From positions 9,052,001-9,116,000 of the forward strand of contig OZ024748.1 in NCBI GenBank assembly GCA_964016885.1: 64,000 bases of DNA, written 5' to 3'. The position numbers and the translations under genes were made by a program. A model generated the notes under the pieces. The model ran no database searches. It saw nothing but the letters and a program-made list of their open reading frames with translations, and was not told the DNA's origin. Numbering within the stretch: the first letter of the stretch is position 1; each line of letters opens with the position of its first letter. The stretch is from Eledone cirrhosa. Its lineage: Eukaryota. Positions 1 through 14,736 of this stretch are shown in pieces.

Positions 1-1619
1 ATTATTATTATTATTAAGATATTCCCAATATTTAAAAGAATGCAGTAAAATAATAGTGACTATAAATGCTTTAGACATATATTAGCAAAAGGTCATCGTT
101 GATGGAATTGGAATATCCATCATTATTTTGATACCACCTATATTACAGATTAATACTCTCGCTGTTTCTATATTGGCATCATATTGTGTCCTGGAAAATA
201 GAATTAGACGAAACCATCAAATGTCATTTCAAAGGTTTAAGATAAATCTGGTGGAGATACAAAAGATATTTGAGAAATTGCACTTATAAATTCTTTTTAA
301 GCGGTTATGAAATCGGTAGGATCTCTCTTCTAACACTTCATCCAAGTTCTACTGAAAACCACCACAGGACACACAGAAATCTATGGTAAACACAGCGTAT
401 TTTAATTATATCAATAATGTAATAATATATAAAACAAGTAGGATTAATTGTGTGTTGTGATTTCTTAAAGATTGGAAACTATATCAATAGTAACCTGAGG
501 GATGGGGAATCAAATTTACATTATTGAAATCGAAATCTCATCTTATTAGTTAGACACTCAGAAACATATTTTTAAAAGTGTCTGTGTTACAAAGGTTTTA
601 AGAGGTTTTAACGGCCAACACTCCGTTCCAGGGACTATGAGGAATATGTCCCCTTGATAAGATTGCAACCTATCACTATAAAACGTTTCAAGATTGTATA
701 TTAACTATTCTGCAACTCCATTGACCGCCAAGTGAAGGAGAGTAACATACAAATGTCCAGGCCACGGTGATCGAACAAGCAGCTGTTCAATAGTTAGAAG
801 TGATAGAACTGTGGTAATTTAAACATTTCAATTCCACATCAGTTTATAAAGAAGAATGAGTGTTTAAAGTTCGTGTATTTCTCTGGGATATGAGCAATGA
901 CATTGAATTAAATTAATTCTTTAAGAGATGACCTAATGTTCTTTGGCGTTCACCATATTGCATTTTATAGCTTAAAACCACCATAGCCAGTCAATTACAT
1001 AAGCCTTATCGATAGAACGGAGTATTTGAATGTTAAAATCTTAACAATAATCAGAAAGAAAAATGTTCTGAGAGATGAATGTGTAAAATATTTGATAATA
1101 ACTGGAAAGTTTTGCAGGTTTTTTGTAACGCTGTTGTGCTTTTTGAGATATTTTCAAATTTTACATAATGTGAAATCAACAAATCACAATAGGCGAATGT
1201 CTTTGAGGTTAAACAGTCTTCGAAACAAAAAAACAAAAAACAAAAAAAATCTCTTGAAATACAAAACATTTGTAATTAACCAAGGGACACATTTTACGTT
1301 ATACAAGAAATATTTTGGCGAGGTCAACAAATTGGAGAGTTGAAAAAATAAACTAAATTTCACTTCCAGATCACAGTTCAGGAAACAGCAGAAAAGTACA
1401 CAATGTTTAACTTAAACAAAATCTATAAATAAATAAAACCTAGCCAACCAACATCATCGATAGAGTTTCCTCCTCCCCTTCCTCGTTCTCATCGTCATCA
1501 TCACTATCATCAGCAAGAACAACAAAAACATCACCAGCAGCATTATTGTCACCATTATTATAATTACCTTCATAAACATTTTAAGACGTCAACATCATCA
1601 CCAACATCACCAATAACAC

Positions 1620-1660
<41 letters not shown>

Positions 1661-2008
1661 AATATCTGTGTATATGTATATATAAATCATTGTAGAGATG
1701 CATATGTCAGATATTTGTTTATACTAGAGTTTGACAATATACACTTCCATATCTACCTTCCAGAGATCTCTGACAAAGAAGCTCAATGACATCAATAATG
1801 ACAGTTGACAGTGTGATTCAGACACAAGGAGAGAATAATTAGCTGTTTTAAGATAAACACACATCAACAATATAATTGGTGACATTCAATACACCTGAGC
1901 GACGTCATTAGTGTTGTTATATTAAACACACCTGAACGGCGTAATTAACTGTGATATTACAAAGACACCTGTACGTTACACCTGTGATATAATAATCACA
2001 TTAAACTA

Positions 2009-2060
<52 letters not shown>

Positions 2061-2184
2061 CAGTGAAAATAGAAATATATCTGTTATATTTAACATAACT
2101 TAACCATTTAATTAACAGAGATGCATTATTTCCACGTGAACGAAACAGCACTAATATATATATATATGTATATAATATATTAAC

Positions 2185-2286
2185 TGTTTCTACTTTTGGC
2201 ACAAGGCCAGCAAATACCCAGTGCATTACTGGTACTTTATTTTATCGACCCCGTAAGGATGAAAGGCAAAGTTAACCTCGGCGGGA
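2185..2286 (-). mobile_element. SINE fragment (3' part), dispersed family A
   Basis: Reverse complement matches the + copy at 27660-27840 (cccgccgaggttaactttgcctttcatccttacggggtcgataaaataaagtacca...ggccttgtgccaaaagtagaaac). Confidence 0.75.
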
Positions 2287-2287
2287 T

Positions 2288-2710
2288 ATATAATATATTA
2301 ACAAATGGAAACTATATTTATAAAACCATATTTATTTCATTATACATATTTATTTCGTTTCTGAATTTGGTGCGTGTGTTTCTTATTGGCAACATGACCC
2401 TCCCAAAGTATAACCATATTTATTTCATTATACATATCCGGGAGCTTCCAACCGACATGGTCGCATTCTTTAAGGGTATGTCAATATTTGTTTATAAAAC
2501 TGATCTATATTATATTTCATCTGATGAAAGCGCACCATAATTTACTTTGGTGTCCTTGAAATATGATAATGAAATAAATATGGTTTTATAAATATAGTTT
2601 CCATTTGTTAATATATTGTATTTTTACTCCAATAATTTGTTGAGTGCTTTATATCAGTTATAAAAATATTTGCTTGTTGTATCCCAACAAATTAAATATA
2701 ACTTCTACAT
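2288..2710 (+). mobile_element. Short non-autonomous fold-back PLE-terminus element (family H1) with hammerhead
   Basis: Inverted arms ~2292-2351 / ~2559-2617, hammerhead core, and a ~90 nt tail (actccaataatttgttgagtgcttt...ttctacat) ending in (TA)n. Homologous to 22052-22334 and 29153-29805. Confidence 0.8.
2513..2576 (+). ncRNA. Type I hammerhead ribozyme motif
   Basis: tatttcat-CTGATGA-aagcgcacca...tggtgtcctt-GAAA-tatga-TA-atgaaata. Stem I is 8 bp. Stem III has lost one base relative to the sister copies. Confidence 0.7.
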
Positions 2711-2737
2711 ATATATGTATATATATATATATATATA

Positions 2738-4118
2738 TCTTAGTCTTAGATTCTTCCGCGCCGTTTGGCCCATCGAGCAGTAAGTAAGCGGCAACTTTTT
2801 CGAGACCGTGCCAGGTGATGTTGGCTGCCATCAGGTCCTTCCGGAACATTCGTCGCCAGGTGATCCTTGGGCAACCCCGCCTCCGTTTACCGCCAGCCGG
2901 AGTCCAGTTCATCGCTGTTTTCGAATGCCGTTCATTTGGCAGACGCAGAATATGGCGGCCAGCCAGGCGGCACCGACGCTCCGTCACCACTCTCTGTAGC
3001 GTCCACGACTCGGCTCTCCGCAGGATCTCCTCGTTTCGCACTCGGTCGCACCAGGACACACGAAGGATCTTTCGCAGGCACCGCTGGTGGAAAGCATTCA
3101 GCCGTCTCTCTATTTTTGCCGTACTCTTCCAGGTCTCGCTCACATAAAGCACTGTCGGCAGCACTGTGTTCTTGTACAGGCGAAGCTTGATCTTGGTGCT
3201 AATGCGTGAAGACGACCAGGCTGGGCACAGCCGCTGGAAAACCGCAGCTCCTTTGCCGATCCGACAGTTGATGTCGAGCTCCGCGTCGCCGCTGCTTGGC
3301 AGGATGCTGCCCAGATAAGTGAAGTGATCGACTTCCTCGAGGTCCTGCTGGTTGATTCTGATCACTGGACCTGTGTTGCTGGCCCTTCTCATGACGTTGG
3401 TCTTTTTGGTGTTGATTCTCAGGCCGATCTTTTCTGCACTCTCTTGTGCGGATGTTGTTAGGGCCTGCAGATCTGCACTGTTTTCAGCGATCAAAGTGAT
3501 GTTGTCGGCGAATGCCAGGTCCCTCAGCCTCAACTGCCCTCTCCATGGGATTCCTCGACCGGGTCCTTCATCCTTAGTACGAAATCGGCTGCCAGCAGGA
3601 ACAACAGTGGAGAGAGAATGCAACCCTGTCTGACTCCGGAGACAATGTCAAAGAACTCCGTCACGCCGGACTCAGTCTGCACGCAGCAGCTGGAGTTTTC
3701 ATACAGGGCCTTGAAAATGGCGATGAATCTTGCAGGAATGTCGTACAGTTGCGCAATATTTCACAGCGACTCCCGGTGTACACTGTCGAATGCCTTCTGG
3801 AAATCAATAAAATTGACCGCCAAAAGCTGTTGTAGCATTGTTCGAGAATGTTGCGTAGTTTAAAGATCTGTTCCGTGCAAGATCGATTTTTTCGGAGTCG
3901 ACGCAGCAGCACAGTGCAGAACTCTTTGAGCAGCTCAGCAGAGATCTCCTCCAGTTCGCCTGCTTTGCCGTTCCTCAAGTGGCTAATGGCATCTCTCGTC
4001 TCTTGCTTGGTGATATGCCCCTCGCAGATTTTGAGTACCTCAGTGGTTGCTGGAGTCTCTACGGTCAAGTCTATCAGGGTGACCGGATTTGGTAGGTTCA
4101 GCGTCTCCCGGAAGTGCT

Positions 4119-4120
<2 letters not shown>
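2738..4120 (-). mobile_element. RTE-clade LINE, 5'-truncated and decayed (RT region and 3' end)
   Basis: Translations contain SGVRQGC, LAFADNITL (decayed FADD), HFTYLGS, LRLYKNTVLPTVLY, LNAFHQRCLRKIL and WTPAGGKRRRGCPRITW. The 3' end is a short (CTAAGA)2 tail. It has frameshifts and internal deletions, with (TA)n on both sides. Confidence 0.92.
2745..3623 (-). pseudogene. RTE reverse transcriptase C-terminal remnant
   Basis: Part of the 321-aa ORF-track entry. The catalytic DD is changed to DN and the frame is broken upstream. Confidence 0.85.
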
Positions 4121-4162
<42 letters not shown>

Positions 4163-4729
4163 GAGTGACACAACACAAGTATATTACACACCCGACACAA
4201 CACAGGTATATTACACAAACCTGTTAGAAATCGCTATCAAATCTCCCTCAAATCAGCAGATTTCCTCCAGAAAACGAGATATTGAGTGAGAACAGAGAAA
4301 GAGGAAGAATCTACCCGAGTACTAGTCGAAACAACTACCACAAAGCCTTCTATTTAATATTCTAACTCTGCCAATTTGCTGCCTGTTTTTAACGTTATGT
4401 ATAAGATTGACTAGAACGTGCCAAGACCATTCAAAGAATTTAGAACAATCTTCTGCAAGTCGGAATTATATCTCACAACAGAATCCAAACAATCAATACC
4501 TCGTACATAGGTCACTGTCCAGTCATCCGTTGAGCGGTTCAGTGGAACGAAAACTGGGTCTTTTGGTATTTTCTCTTTGAGGTACGAACTTGGTATATTG
4601 TACATAAATATATTTATAGCTATAGAATATTAAAACTATACTACACTGATCTATTGATTTGTCCTAATTAATGGACGGTGGGATAGTCGGTCGAATAGTG
4701 CAAACCCACCCCCTAAGCATAGTCTATTG

Positions 4730-5047
4730 AACCAATAATGATGAAAGGAAAAACTACGAGCAAAATATAGTGAATCTTAACTTGCAGCGAGGGGGTGAGT
4801 GATTGATCCAGCTTGATTTGAACTCAGAATCAATAGTTTCATCTAAATATTCTACAGGATTGTTCCTCCACTGTGTTTATATATATATATATTTATATAA
4901 ATTACTGCATTTATGTGATACTGTGTCTCTTTGTTTTACTTCCGAAGACGGGCTAAAGCCCGACACGTTGAACGTTTTTCCCCCTTTTGCATATAAAGCG
5001 TGAAACTAATAAGACTTTTTGTACCTCTGTTTTGTCATTTCTTTGAA

Positions 5048-5050
<3 letters not shown>
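4730..5050 (+). mobile_element. Probable decayed PLE 3' end with degenerate minimal hammerhead
   Basis: 4942-4969 reads CCGAAGA-c-gggct-aa-agccc-GACA-cg-TT, two changes from the CTGAAGA...GAAA core. It ends in (TA)n. Upstream ERKNYEQNIV weakly resembles a GIY-YIG C-terminal helix. Confidence 0.35.
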
Positions 5051-5091
<41 letters not shown>

Positions 5092-6465
5092 CTTGCTTAC
5101 ATACATGCGTACGCGCACACATAAATATATACATATATATTATACTTATGTGCATACACTCAAACAAATATATACACATACAGTCAAACATATATAGACA
5201 TGCATAATACATTCATACATACATTTATTCAATCATACGGCATACACACGTTCATACATACACATATATACATGCATACCTACATACAAACATGCATATA
5301 TACAAACATATATAGAAACATTCATGTACACATAACATATATACACACACACAACAGAAAATTCAGATTAATGATTGCCTGTTCTAAGCAATTTTTTACT
5401 TTCAGTGAGAACGAGGTATTTTTTTGTTGTTTTTTTTTTAATATGGGAAGCCATTTTGGAAATATATTTTTTTACTGTGTCAAAGTTACAAAGGTATGTA
5501 ATTAGTACTTTATTACCTGATTTCAACAATTAGTACTTTTATTAGATTCATTAAACAAAGCGCAAATTCACCATACACACCACACACCAGTAACAACAAT
5601 AATGGTGACAACAATAACACCAAAAAAAAAAGAGAGATTATAAAGAGAGTTGACAAGTAATAATGGAAAAAATATTTGAAAAGAAGAAATTTAGAAAAAG
5701 AAGACAGCAATAACAATTCAAAAAATCTATCATAAATAAAACCAACAAAAAAAATATGGAAGCTGGTCTGAAATAATGGTTGTTGATTGATCAGGTGTCT
5801 TTTGTAACAGTTTTATTGTTGTTGTTATTCTTGCTATCGATGGTTTAGATATTGTTGTTGTTGTTATTGTTTTCTTGGTCATTTTTTTTTTTGCGTTCAT
5901 ATTTTTTTAGGGTTTTTTGTGTTGTTGCAACTATTACTGTTTTTATTTTTTTTCCTTCTCGTTATTGATTCACGTATTCCTTCCTCTCTACTTCTCTCTC
6001 TCTCTTTATCTTTATCTCTCTCTCTCTCTCACATATATATATTTATCTTTCTATCTCTCTCTCACACATATATACATATATATCTCTCACACATATATAC
6101 ATATATATTTCTCTTTCTCTCTACCTCTATATCTCTCTCTCACATATATATTTATCTCTCTCTCTCTCCTCCCACTGGCCACATATCACTCAGTCTGTCT
6201 TTACACCTGCTAACAACAACAACAACAACAGAGAGTGGAAGACACCGTGTCGGTAATTTATCATTCTGTTTGCAGTCCCTAACGAGCTCAGAAATCGTTA
6301 GTTTGGCTTTTAGTTGTACGTTTCTTTCTTTTGCTTTTTATGGGGGGGGGGCACCGTTCTTTATAACACTCATATATATTATATATATACATACATATAT
6401 ATAGACATTGTTTATAATGAGCATGAGAAAAAGTGCTCAATACATGGTATAGAGTCTAATTAAGC

Positions 6466-6529
<64 letters not shown>

Positions 6530-7784
6530 ATACATACATTTATACACATGTATACACAAACATACATACATAGACATATAACTAAAGAGAGCTGTAACCA
6601 TGTCTAACAAATACCACACATCTCATTTTATTTCTTCATTTATTTTCAACATGTACAATGTCTATTTTGCAATAAGCTGTTTAAATTAATAAAAATCTCT
6701 TTATTGTTGTTTTCTAGTTTTGTTTCTATCAATTTTAATTGCTTTTATTTATTTTTTGCTTTTGCTTTTTTGTGTTGTTGTTGCCGTTGTTTTTTCCAGT
6801 TAGATCTAGAGATCTTGTCTGTGAACAGATTCAGTGAAACAGTTTCAATTCCTACATGGAGCCACCTCGCTTTCTACTATTTCTTAAATACTAGGATGTT
6901 ATGGTTCCCCTTTACACCCACTTTAGCTACTATAAAAGACACTCTAGCTACGACCATCCCAACATTATATCGTATGATTTTGAGATATGTGGCTGTTATA
7001 TCTTGCAGGTCGAAAGACCAGGTAGAAGTTTCCCTCTTGGTTCCTGTATGTAAAGATACCCATCCTATCGTCTTAAATGTAGGATACAGTGACCTATATA
7101 CCCATAGATAGGTTTGTCACTGTTAGAGTCTTGTGTTCTTGTTTTAATAGGTTTGGTCTAAATAGTAATTTTTGTAATATCAAGGAGTATTTATTGACAT
7201 TTCTTTTTATTTCAAAATTATATTGTTCTGCCCCCGCCTCTCATAGGGGTCTCCGTCAGTAGGAATATGATGATCGTATGAAAAATAAACAAAACTCTCT
7301 TGTGTCATGTCTCAAAAATGTATAATTTAATTCCAAGGTTGCGACTAATGGAATGTTGTCTAAGTCAACCCCGCCTTGGAAAAGTTAGCTACTTTCTCTT
7401 CGTATATTTTTGGTAAAATGCCATCTAAACCTCATTTGGCTTGTTTTTTGGTTTTTTTTTACTTACAAAGTTTAAGAATTTTTTTCTACTTAAAATGTTT
7501 CCTAACCCAGCCACCCACAAATAAGCTAGAAATGTGATGGAATGCCTAACTTACCCAACATACACCTCCTCCAGCTATCTTCCGTAATTTAGGTACTCCA
7601 TCTGTTAAACCTTATTTAGGGGTAGGTTAATTAAATGTTGTCAATGAGACAGGGGCTGTTGTTTACCCTTGTTACCGCACAACTTAATTATCGCTGGAGT
7701 TCTATAACTTTATATAGTGTTAAACAATAACGTTATAGAAAGTTGGTGTATAACACTATACAAAGTATATAATGCTATATGGAT

Positions 7785-7942
7785 AGCTATAAACTGATGT
7801 ATAGGATTATCATATTAGGTCTATAAACTGGTGTATAGGACTATCATACTAGGTCTATAAACTGGTGTACAAGACTATCATGTGGGGTCTATGAAGTTAG
7901 TGTATATCGACGTATATAACCTGGTGTATAAGACTATCATAT
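7785..7942. repeat. Degenerate ~31-bp minisatellite
   Basis: ctataaactggtgtataggactatcatattaggt, about 4-5 copies. Confidence 0.75.
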
Positions 7943-8764
7943 TTTATTTTGTAATGTTTCGCGTGGTGTGGCATATTAGCAAAGCTGATGTAGATAAATA
8001 TCGTGTTCCCGTGTATAAGACTTCAGAACATTAGTATAAGTGAAATTGAATAGATAATCGATAATATAAAATACGGACACTCGATCAAAATATTGTCTTT
8101 ATAGTATCATCATTCTTGTTTATCTCCAAGTGAAGATGTTCATGATGTCTCACATAAACATCTACTTGAACCAATAAATCAAATTATACAACACTCAGCA
8201 AAACATAGACAAAAAAATACGTTCCTTCTTGAGAAAAATGACATTGTCGTAACCACTTATTACTACTTCTAATATTTGGCTAGAACAATTCACTTTTCTC
8301 AATTTCTTTGATAAAAATATCAAAATATTCTAAACTAAGTATACTGGTATTCGATTTATCATACTGTATTTATTCACACACACGATTAAATGGTATAACT
8401 ATAGGTTCTTATAATCTGCTCACGATTGTTTACAAAATACATCAGGAATCTTGGTTGTGAGTAGTTTAGCATGAGAAGTCTGTTTTGAAACTTGTAGAAA
8501 TCATTTCAAAAGTTTATCTGGAGCTTGTTCCTATTTCACGAGTCTTTATGTGCTTGAGAGTAAAACAAACCCTGGTGAACGGAATCCCAGTTCGCCTCTA
8601 GGTTAACCCCCAACGGTTTATGAAGGTATTGTGACAAGGTAGATTGTAATGCCTTGCTCAAAACCACACTACACAACCCAATTTTTGAAAGTTGTGGTTT
8701 ATAAAAAAATATTTTATTGTGTTTGGTAAAAAGCATATGTTACGTACTCATATTTAACTTCAAA

Positions 8765-8890
8765 TAAGGTGGTGAATTGACAGAGTTACTGGGTCATCAG
8801 ATTAAAAAAAATGCTTTGCAGTATTTAGCTACGGCCCTTGGCGTTCCGATTCCAAATCCCACCGAGGTGGGCCTTGCCCTTCATCCCCAC
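8765..8890 (+). mobile_element. SINE fragment, family A
   Basis: tacggcccttggcgttccgattccaaatcccaccgaggtgggccttgcccttcatcc is similar to 27710-27766. Confidence 0.6.
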
Positions 8891-9622
8891 GCCAATATTG
8901 TGCGATTCTGAGCCCAACAGTTTAATCGCTGTGTTACAAAACTTCCCTGGCAGAAACTATACAGGTGGTACTCTGTCTTGTCTTGCTACATTTGGAGTCA
9001 AAATTATACTCGTGTTCAATTTGTCATCTTACTCAAATTTATAGAATAAGTCTAAAATTGAGACATTGTCTCAAATTTGTGTTGTCTTACAAGCATGGAA
9101 CAACTTATCTAGATTTTATTTCAAAAAGCAACACTTAACCTCATATCTCAGATAAAAGAATACTAATTTATAGTTCAAAAATATCAAAAGTTCAATGTTT
9201 TGCTTCGCTACAGATTTCATAAACTGAAAATATTAATTAATTAAAAGTTACTTGTTTTGTTTTTTCATAGCTTTCTGTAGCTGGTTCCCTGCCACCCTCC
9301 TCATAGATTCATAACAACCTTTCAGATGTTTAGAGTACACAATAAAGAGTTCCGTTTAAAAAAAAATTAAACATTTTAACATTTTACACATATTTTTGCA
9401 TACATTTTAATTTTCTTTTTCCTATTTTGTTAGAGAAAAACATTGTTTTACAAATTTGTTTCAAGTTAACTACTTTAAATATTTAAAAAACAATCGTAAA
9501 CATAATTTCTGACCATTTTACTTTTTACTTTTTTTTTCTTCTTCTTCTTCTTTAGTTCGTGACAGTTTAAATTGAACTATTACAGAACGTCTGCAACTCA
9601 TTTTTTCTTTACATAACATTTC

Positions 9623-9671
<49 letters not shown>

Positions 9672-11913
9672 GTACGTCGTAAACTTCTAGTTTTCGTTTA
9701 TGATATTTCACATTTTTAAGGTGAAATTTTTTTCTGCGATTATTTTAATAATTTTTTCTTGTATTTCGTGGAGTTTTCTTCTATCAATTTTTTTTCTTTC
9801 AGGATTATTTTTAGTAGTATTTTTTCTGAAGAAGTTCTTTTACTCCTGTTTTTCTAAGATTTTTTTCCTTAAATTCTCTTCGTGGATTTTTACCTGTTAT
9901 CAAGACACATTTGTAGTAGTATGGCTATTTCTATCATCAATAACAAAGAAGCTCTGTATCCAATTGGTAATTTTTTTTCTTCTGTCGCAGCGAAAATGAC
10001 AGTGGGTTAGTTCCATGATAAACATGACCTCAGTGAGATTGATGCAATGGAAGCTTCACTGTGAAAAGCCTATAGCAACACTGTCAATAGCTATATTTTC
10101 AATGGCAGTAACAATGAATCAGGTGTTTCGCCATATGCTGTGTTCCGGCAGCCATGACGCTGTGACAAAATCAAATACTATTTTACAATCAAGAAATATT
10201 GTGACTGGTTTCTTTTAGAAATGTTAGATGGCATCGGTTTATTCGTTGAATGTTCTTCAATCTCTATCCTCAGTTTGTTTTCTTCCTGCTTTCCCATAAA
10301 CCTTGGTGGATTTGTATTGCTCTTATAGAAATTGATTCACACATGATGAGTTTGTATGTTATTCAGACGTGGAACCAGACTAATGTTTTCTGACAAATAG
10401 ATGCTGAGATTTTAACTAAACTATGACACGCCTGTCAAATACATTGATATTGTCATCTATGTCGAAACTCTAGAATTCCTTCTTCCTAACCAGTGGAATA
10501 ACAACTAACTTAACACAACTTTTGTTTTACTGTAGAACAAATCGTAAGAAGTGGGTGAGCTACAGATTTATTTATAATACATATATCAATCTAGAGCATC
10601 GGTGTGATTAAGTATACAACATCCACAGACACCTACACATAAACCACATTCATACACATTAACCACACATATGTATAACTACAGATAGGAGTATATACAC
10701 ATATTCAGATGGATTGTATGTGGGATTTGGGTGTGTATAATAGAAATAATTCCTTTGGGAATATTTTCGTATGAATTTCATTTAAATTGTTCTATGAAAT
10801 CGTATGTTTTATAGTATATCTAATTAGCTTTAATTAGATATAAAGTCTCATGCAACTCTCTTTATTTATAAAATTTCATCGTGGTCAAAAAATGAGGGAC
10901 GAACTGAACTAGTTTCAGTCTTTATTAAAAGTTCATCAGGAACTGGTTAACATTGTTTATCGATTACCTAAAATATTATACAATACAGAAAATATGTACA
11001 AGAATTAATTATTGATGTTTTGGTAGTATCTTGTTTTAATACTATACTACACAATATACATGTTAGTATTAATCAGCAAAAGTATATAGTCTCTATATAG
11101 AAATACAAGGTGTTTACACCTGCCTGACATAAACAATGTTAAAATCTAAAGAAATATTCAACAATTGTAATATAAAATTGCACAAGAGCCGTAATTTATT
11201 TATCTTGATTTATGCCAAGAATCGTTGTCCAAATATACTTAAGTCCTCAGCATTAATGAGAGTATTACAGGGGGAAGCATTTCTAAATTGGGGGAGGGGG
11301 GGGGGGGGGCAAATTGGGTAAATTTACTTGTAGTGATTAGTTAAACTGTTATTAAATATCAACCAAGATATCTAAAAAAAAATTCGATACGAGATAAACA
11401 TAACATGTACATAAATTGTAGCGAATATACAAATGGATGTGTTTTGGTAGTTTGGGGAGAAAAATATATAATTATTGGTCCCCTGTGCCCCCCCACCCCC
11501 ACCCACCCACCCCCACCCCCACCCGCTCACAGTTGTACCGCACCTGATTAGACATTTGTGATGAATTAAAGAGGATATTCGTTCACTGATGAAATCCCAA
11601 TACAGGATTAAACCTATTTCAGTTGATCTTTCTTGATTTGTCCACAAATAATGTATATAAATGTTTACCTTTATATATAAAACTATATGTAATAGACAAA
11701 GACAAGAGGTTTACATCTGTCTATAAAAGTTTTATCTATATAGACAAGGGGTTTACATCTGTCTATAACAGTTTTATATAGAGAGAGACAAGGGCTTTAC
11801 ATCTATCTGTATATAGTTTTTTTTCAAAAATCGATAAATATATTTTGCAGTTCAGTCTACTAATTGTTTCAATATGTACGCTTTTTTTAATTTCCCTGCG
11901 GCTTAACGTTGCT

Positions 11914-12000
<87 letters not shown>

Positions 12001-12400
12001 ATTTACAGAGAATACATCTATTTAGACAACTCACATTACACTTTTTTTAATCTATTAATGATTTTAAGTTTTAGTAAAAGCTGGACTAAATTTAGAAGTT
12101 AGATAAGAGAGGTAAGATATATATGTGTGCATATATTTCTATATGGGTATGTATGTGTGTGTATATATGTTTGTGTATATGTTTGTAAACTGAGATTGAG
12201 ATGGCGAAGTGAGAGAATTAGAGAGAAAGAGAGAGATTGGAAGAAGATAATTGAGAGAAAGAGAGGGAAAGAGAGGGAAAGGGGGAGAGAAAGAGGGTGG
12301 GGGTGTAAATAAACAAATCCACAATTTAGTTGACTTATATTTTTGTGATGATACAGATTAGAGATATGGTGACGTAGATGACATACCTGTAACTTCTAGG

Positions 12401-12464
<64 letters not shown>

Positions 12465-12499
12465 AAAAACATGAAAATTAAAGAAATAAAAAGAAAAAG

Positions 12500-12897
12500 A
12501 ATGAACTAATGCTAGAAGGAATGAACTAATGGTAGAAGGAATGAACTAATGGTAGAAGGAATGAACTAATGGTAGAAGGAACGAACTAATGGTAGAAGGA
12601 ATGAACTAATGGTAGAAAGAATGAACTAATGGTAGAAAGAATGAACTAATGGTAGAAGGAACGAACTAATGGTAGAAAGAACGAACTAATGGTAGAAAGA
12701 ATGAACTAATGGTAGAAGGAATGAACTAATGGTAGAAGGAACGAACTAATGGTAGAAAGAATGAACTAATGGTAGAAGGAATGAAGTAATGGTAGAAGGA
12801 ACGAACTAATGGTAGAAGGAATGAACTAATGGTAGAAAGAACGAACTAATGGTAGAAGGAATGAACTAATGGTAGAAAGAACGAACTAATGGTAGAA
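12500..12897. repeat. 20-bp minisatellite
   Basis: (aatgaactaatggtagaagg)n, about 20 copies with t/c and g/a variants. Confidence 0.97.
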
Positions 12898-13245
12898 TGC
12901 TAGACTTTATCTAAACAGACATTAGCACCAAATAAATAAACGACGACATTTTGTTTTTTGTTGTCGTAAAAACTGCGATGTTTCAGCTTTTAACTGAGGG
13001 ATTCCATGAAAGAAATAAAAATACATAATATTGGTGATTGAATGGGGGCGGGGTAGATAATCGATATTGGTTGATAGGGAGGGGAGGGTAATGAAAGTAT
13101 AAGTGGTCACGTGGTTTACATACAGTGATGATGTTTGTGGTAAGAGTCAATGGAGGGCAGTGAATTGGAAACAGTGTATGTACCTGTGTGTCTGTATGTG
13201 TGTGTATGTGTATGTGTGTAAGCGAATATGTGTGTGTATGTGTGT

Positions 13246-13333
<88 letters not shown>

Positions 13334-13689
13334 TGGTGAGTGAGTGAATGCACCAAAGAACGTGTATTGGTTGTTTTTTTCTATTTTGTGTAAGAATGTG
13401 AGGGTTGTGGTCTGTATGTGTGTGTGTGTGTGTTTGGTGGTATGTGTGTGTGTTTGGTGGTATGTGTGTATGCGTGTTTGGTGGTATGTGCGTATGTGTG
13501 TTTGATGGTATGTGTGTATGATGGTATGTGTTTATGTGTGTTTGATGTTATGTGTGTATGTGTGTATGTGTGTATGTGTGTTTGGTGGTATATACACGTG
13601 TGTGAGTGAGTGTGTGTAATATTGTGGTGACTAGTGTCATGTAGTGGGGTGGGGGTGTCATGAAGTGGGGTGGGGTTATAGAAACTGTA

Positions 13690-13985
13690 GAATGGGTTGA
13701 GGCAATTACAAATATTAGTTCGTTTAGGGAAACCAGTTTCTCTCGGTCCTGGGGTCAATGGCTGGAGATCCATGATATAGAATGATGCCAGTGACGGGGG
13801 CGTTGGGTTGAGTGATTTGGAGAACAGAAATATGATGGAGGTATGTACCTCAAGTGATCTGCGGAATCGGTCAGGCGGCAGCTTGTTTGTCCAATGTATA
13901 CGGAGACCCTAAATCGAGCAGTGGAGGACATAGACAATATTTGAAGGAGTGTATGTGAAAGGAATGGTTCGTACCTGGGAGTAGG
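13690..13985 (-). pseudogene. Decayed GIY-YIG endonuclease of a third PLE family
   Basis: Joining frames on the minus strand gives FTYTPSNIVYVLHCSI*GL / VYIGQTSCRLTDSADHLRYI / YFCSPNHS. This fits the NIVY..C..C..YIGQT.R.L....H pattern of PLE endonucleases, with a stop and a frameshift. Confidence 0.75.
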
Positions 13986-14227
13986 GAGTGACCTAGTGTG
14001 TGCTCTTATATATGATTGAAGTCCAGTGTATTTCAGTAAAATTACCCCTCATCAGCCACTGGTGTATTAAAGGCAGTTACTGGTTTACTAATATAATAAT
14101 ATACCTGTTGTGAGATATTGGGAATGGTAATGTGACGAGGAACAGCCAAAGGAAATAATAAAAGCAGGTAGAAACATGTACAGAGAGAGAGAGAGAGAGC
14201 GAGCGAGAGAGAGAGAGAGCGAGAGAG

Positions 14228-14261
<34 letters not shown>

Positions 14262-14368
14262 GAAGTGCGACAGAAATGAAACATGTATTACATGTTAAAA
14301 TATAGTCTAGATAGATGAGAAACAAAACGAGGATGTAGTTTATGGAACACCCAAATTATTTAATTATT

Positions 14369-14736
14369 TAAGAAAGACATGAACGACACCACAACACTTT
14401 GGTTTGAAAATTTATAAGTATGAATTTTCAACAGATTTTCGTGGCGGACTCAGTGGCCTAGCGGTAGGTATTAGAGACGGTGGAGATCCTGGTCTTGGGT
14501 TCAATCCTGGTCAAGAGGTACACGTAACCTTTTTCAGTTTTTATTTTACAACCAATAGAAATAAACTGAAAAGGTTTATCGAGAACCCTACTCCCGACCA
14601 GGATCGAACTCCCGACCATGACCACCACCGTCTATGACTCCTCCAACTAGGCCACGGAGACAACTACTAAAGTATAATGAAAATTGATAATTATAAACCT
14701 ACTTTCAAAATCAAAGCTAAAATCTGGAGATATGGT
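14369..14736. mobile_element. Fold-back MITE-like element with two convergent tRNA-like units (copy 1)
   Basis: Homologous to 61128-61511. A box tggcctagcgg and B box ggttcaatcc on +, mirrored on the minus strand. The right terminal repeat is lost. Confidence 0.75.

Noticed and set aside
6840-7270. Possible decayed GIY-YIG (minus strand YIGHC / PTFKT)
   Set aside because: Only a short motif across a frameshift, with no other supporting residues.
12500-12897. 20-bp array (and 16-bp array at 18871-19326) as CRISPR or telomeric repeats
   Set aside because: Head-to-tail units without spacers and no telomere motif; ordinary minisatellites.
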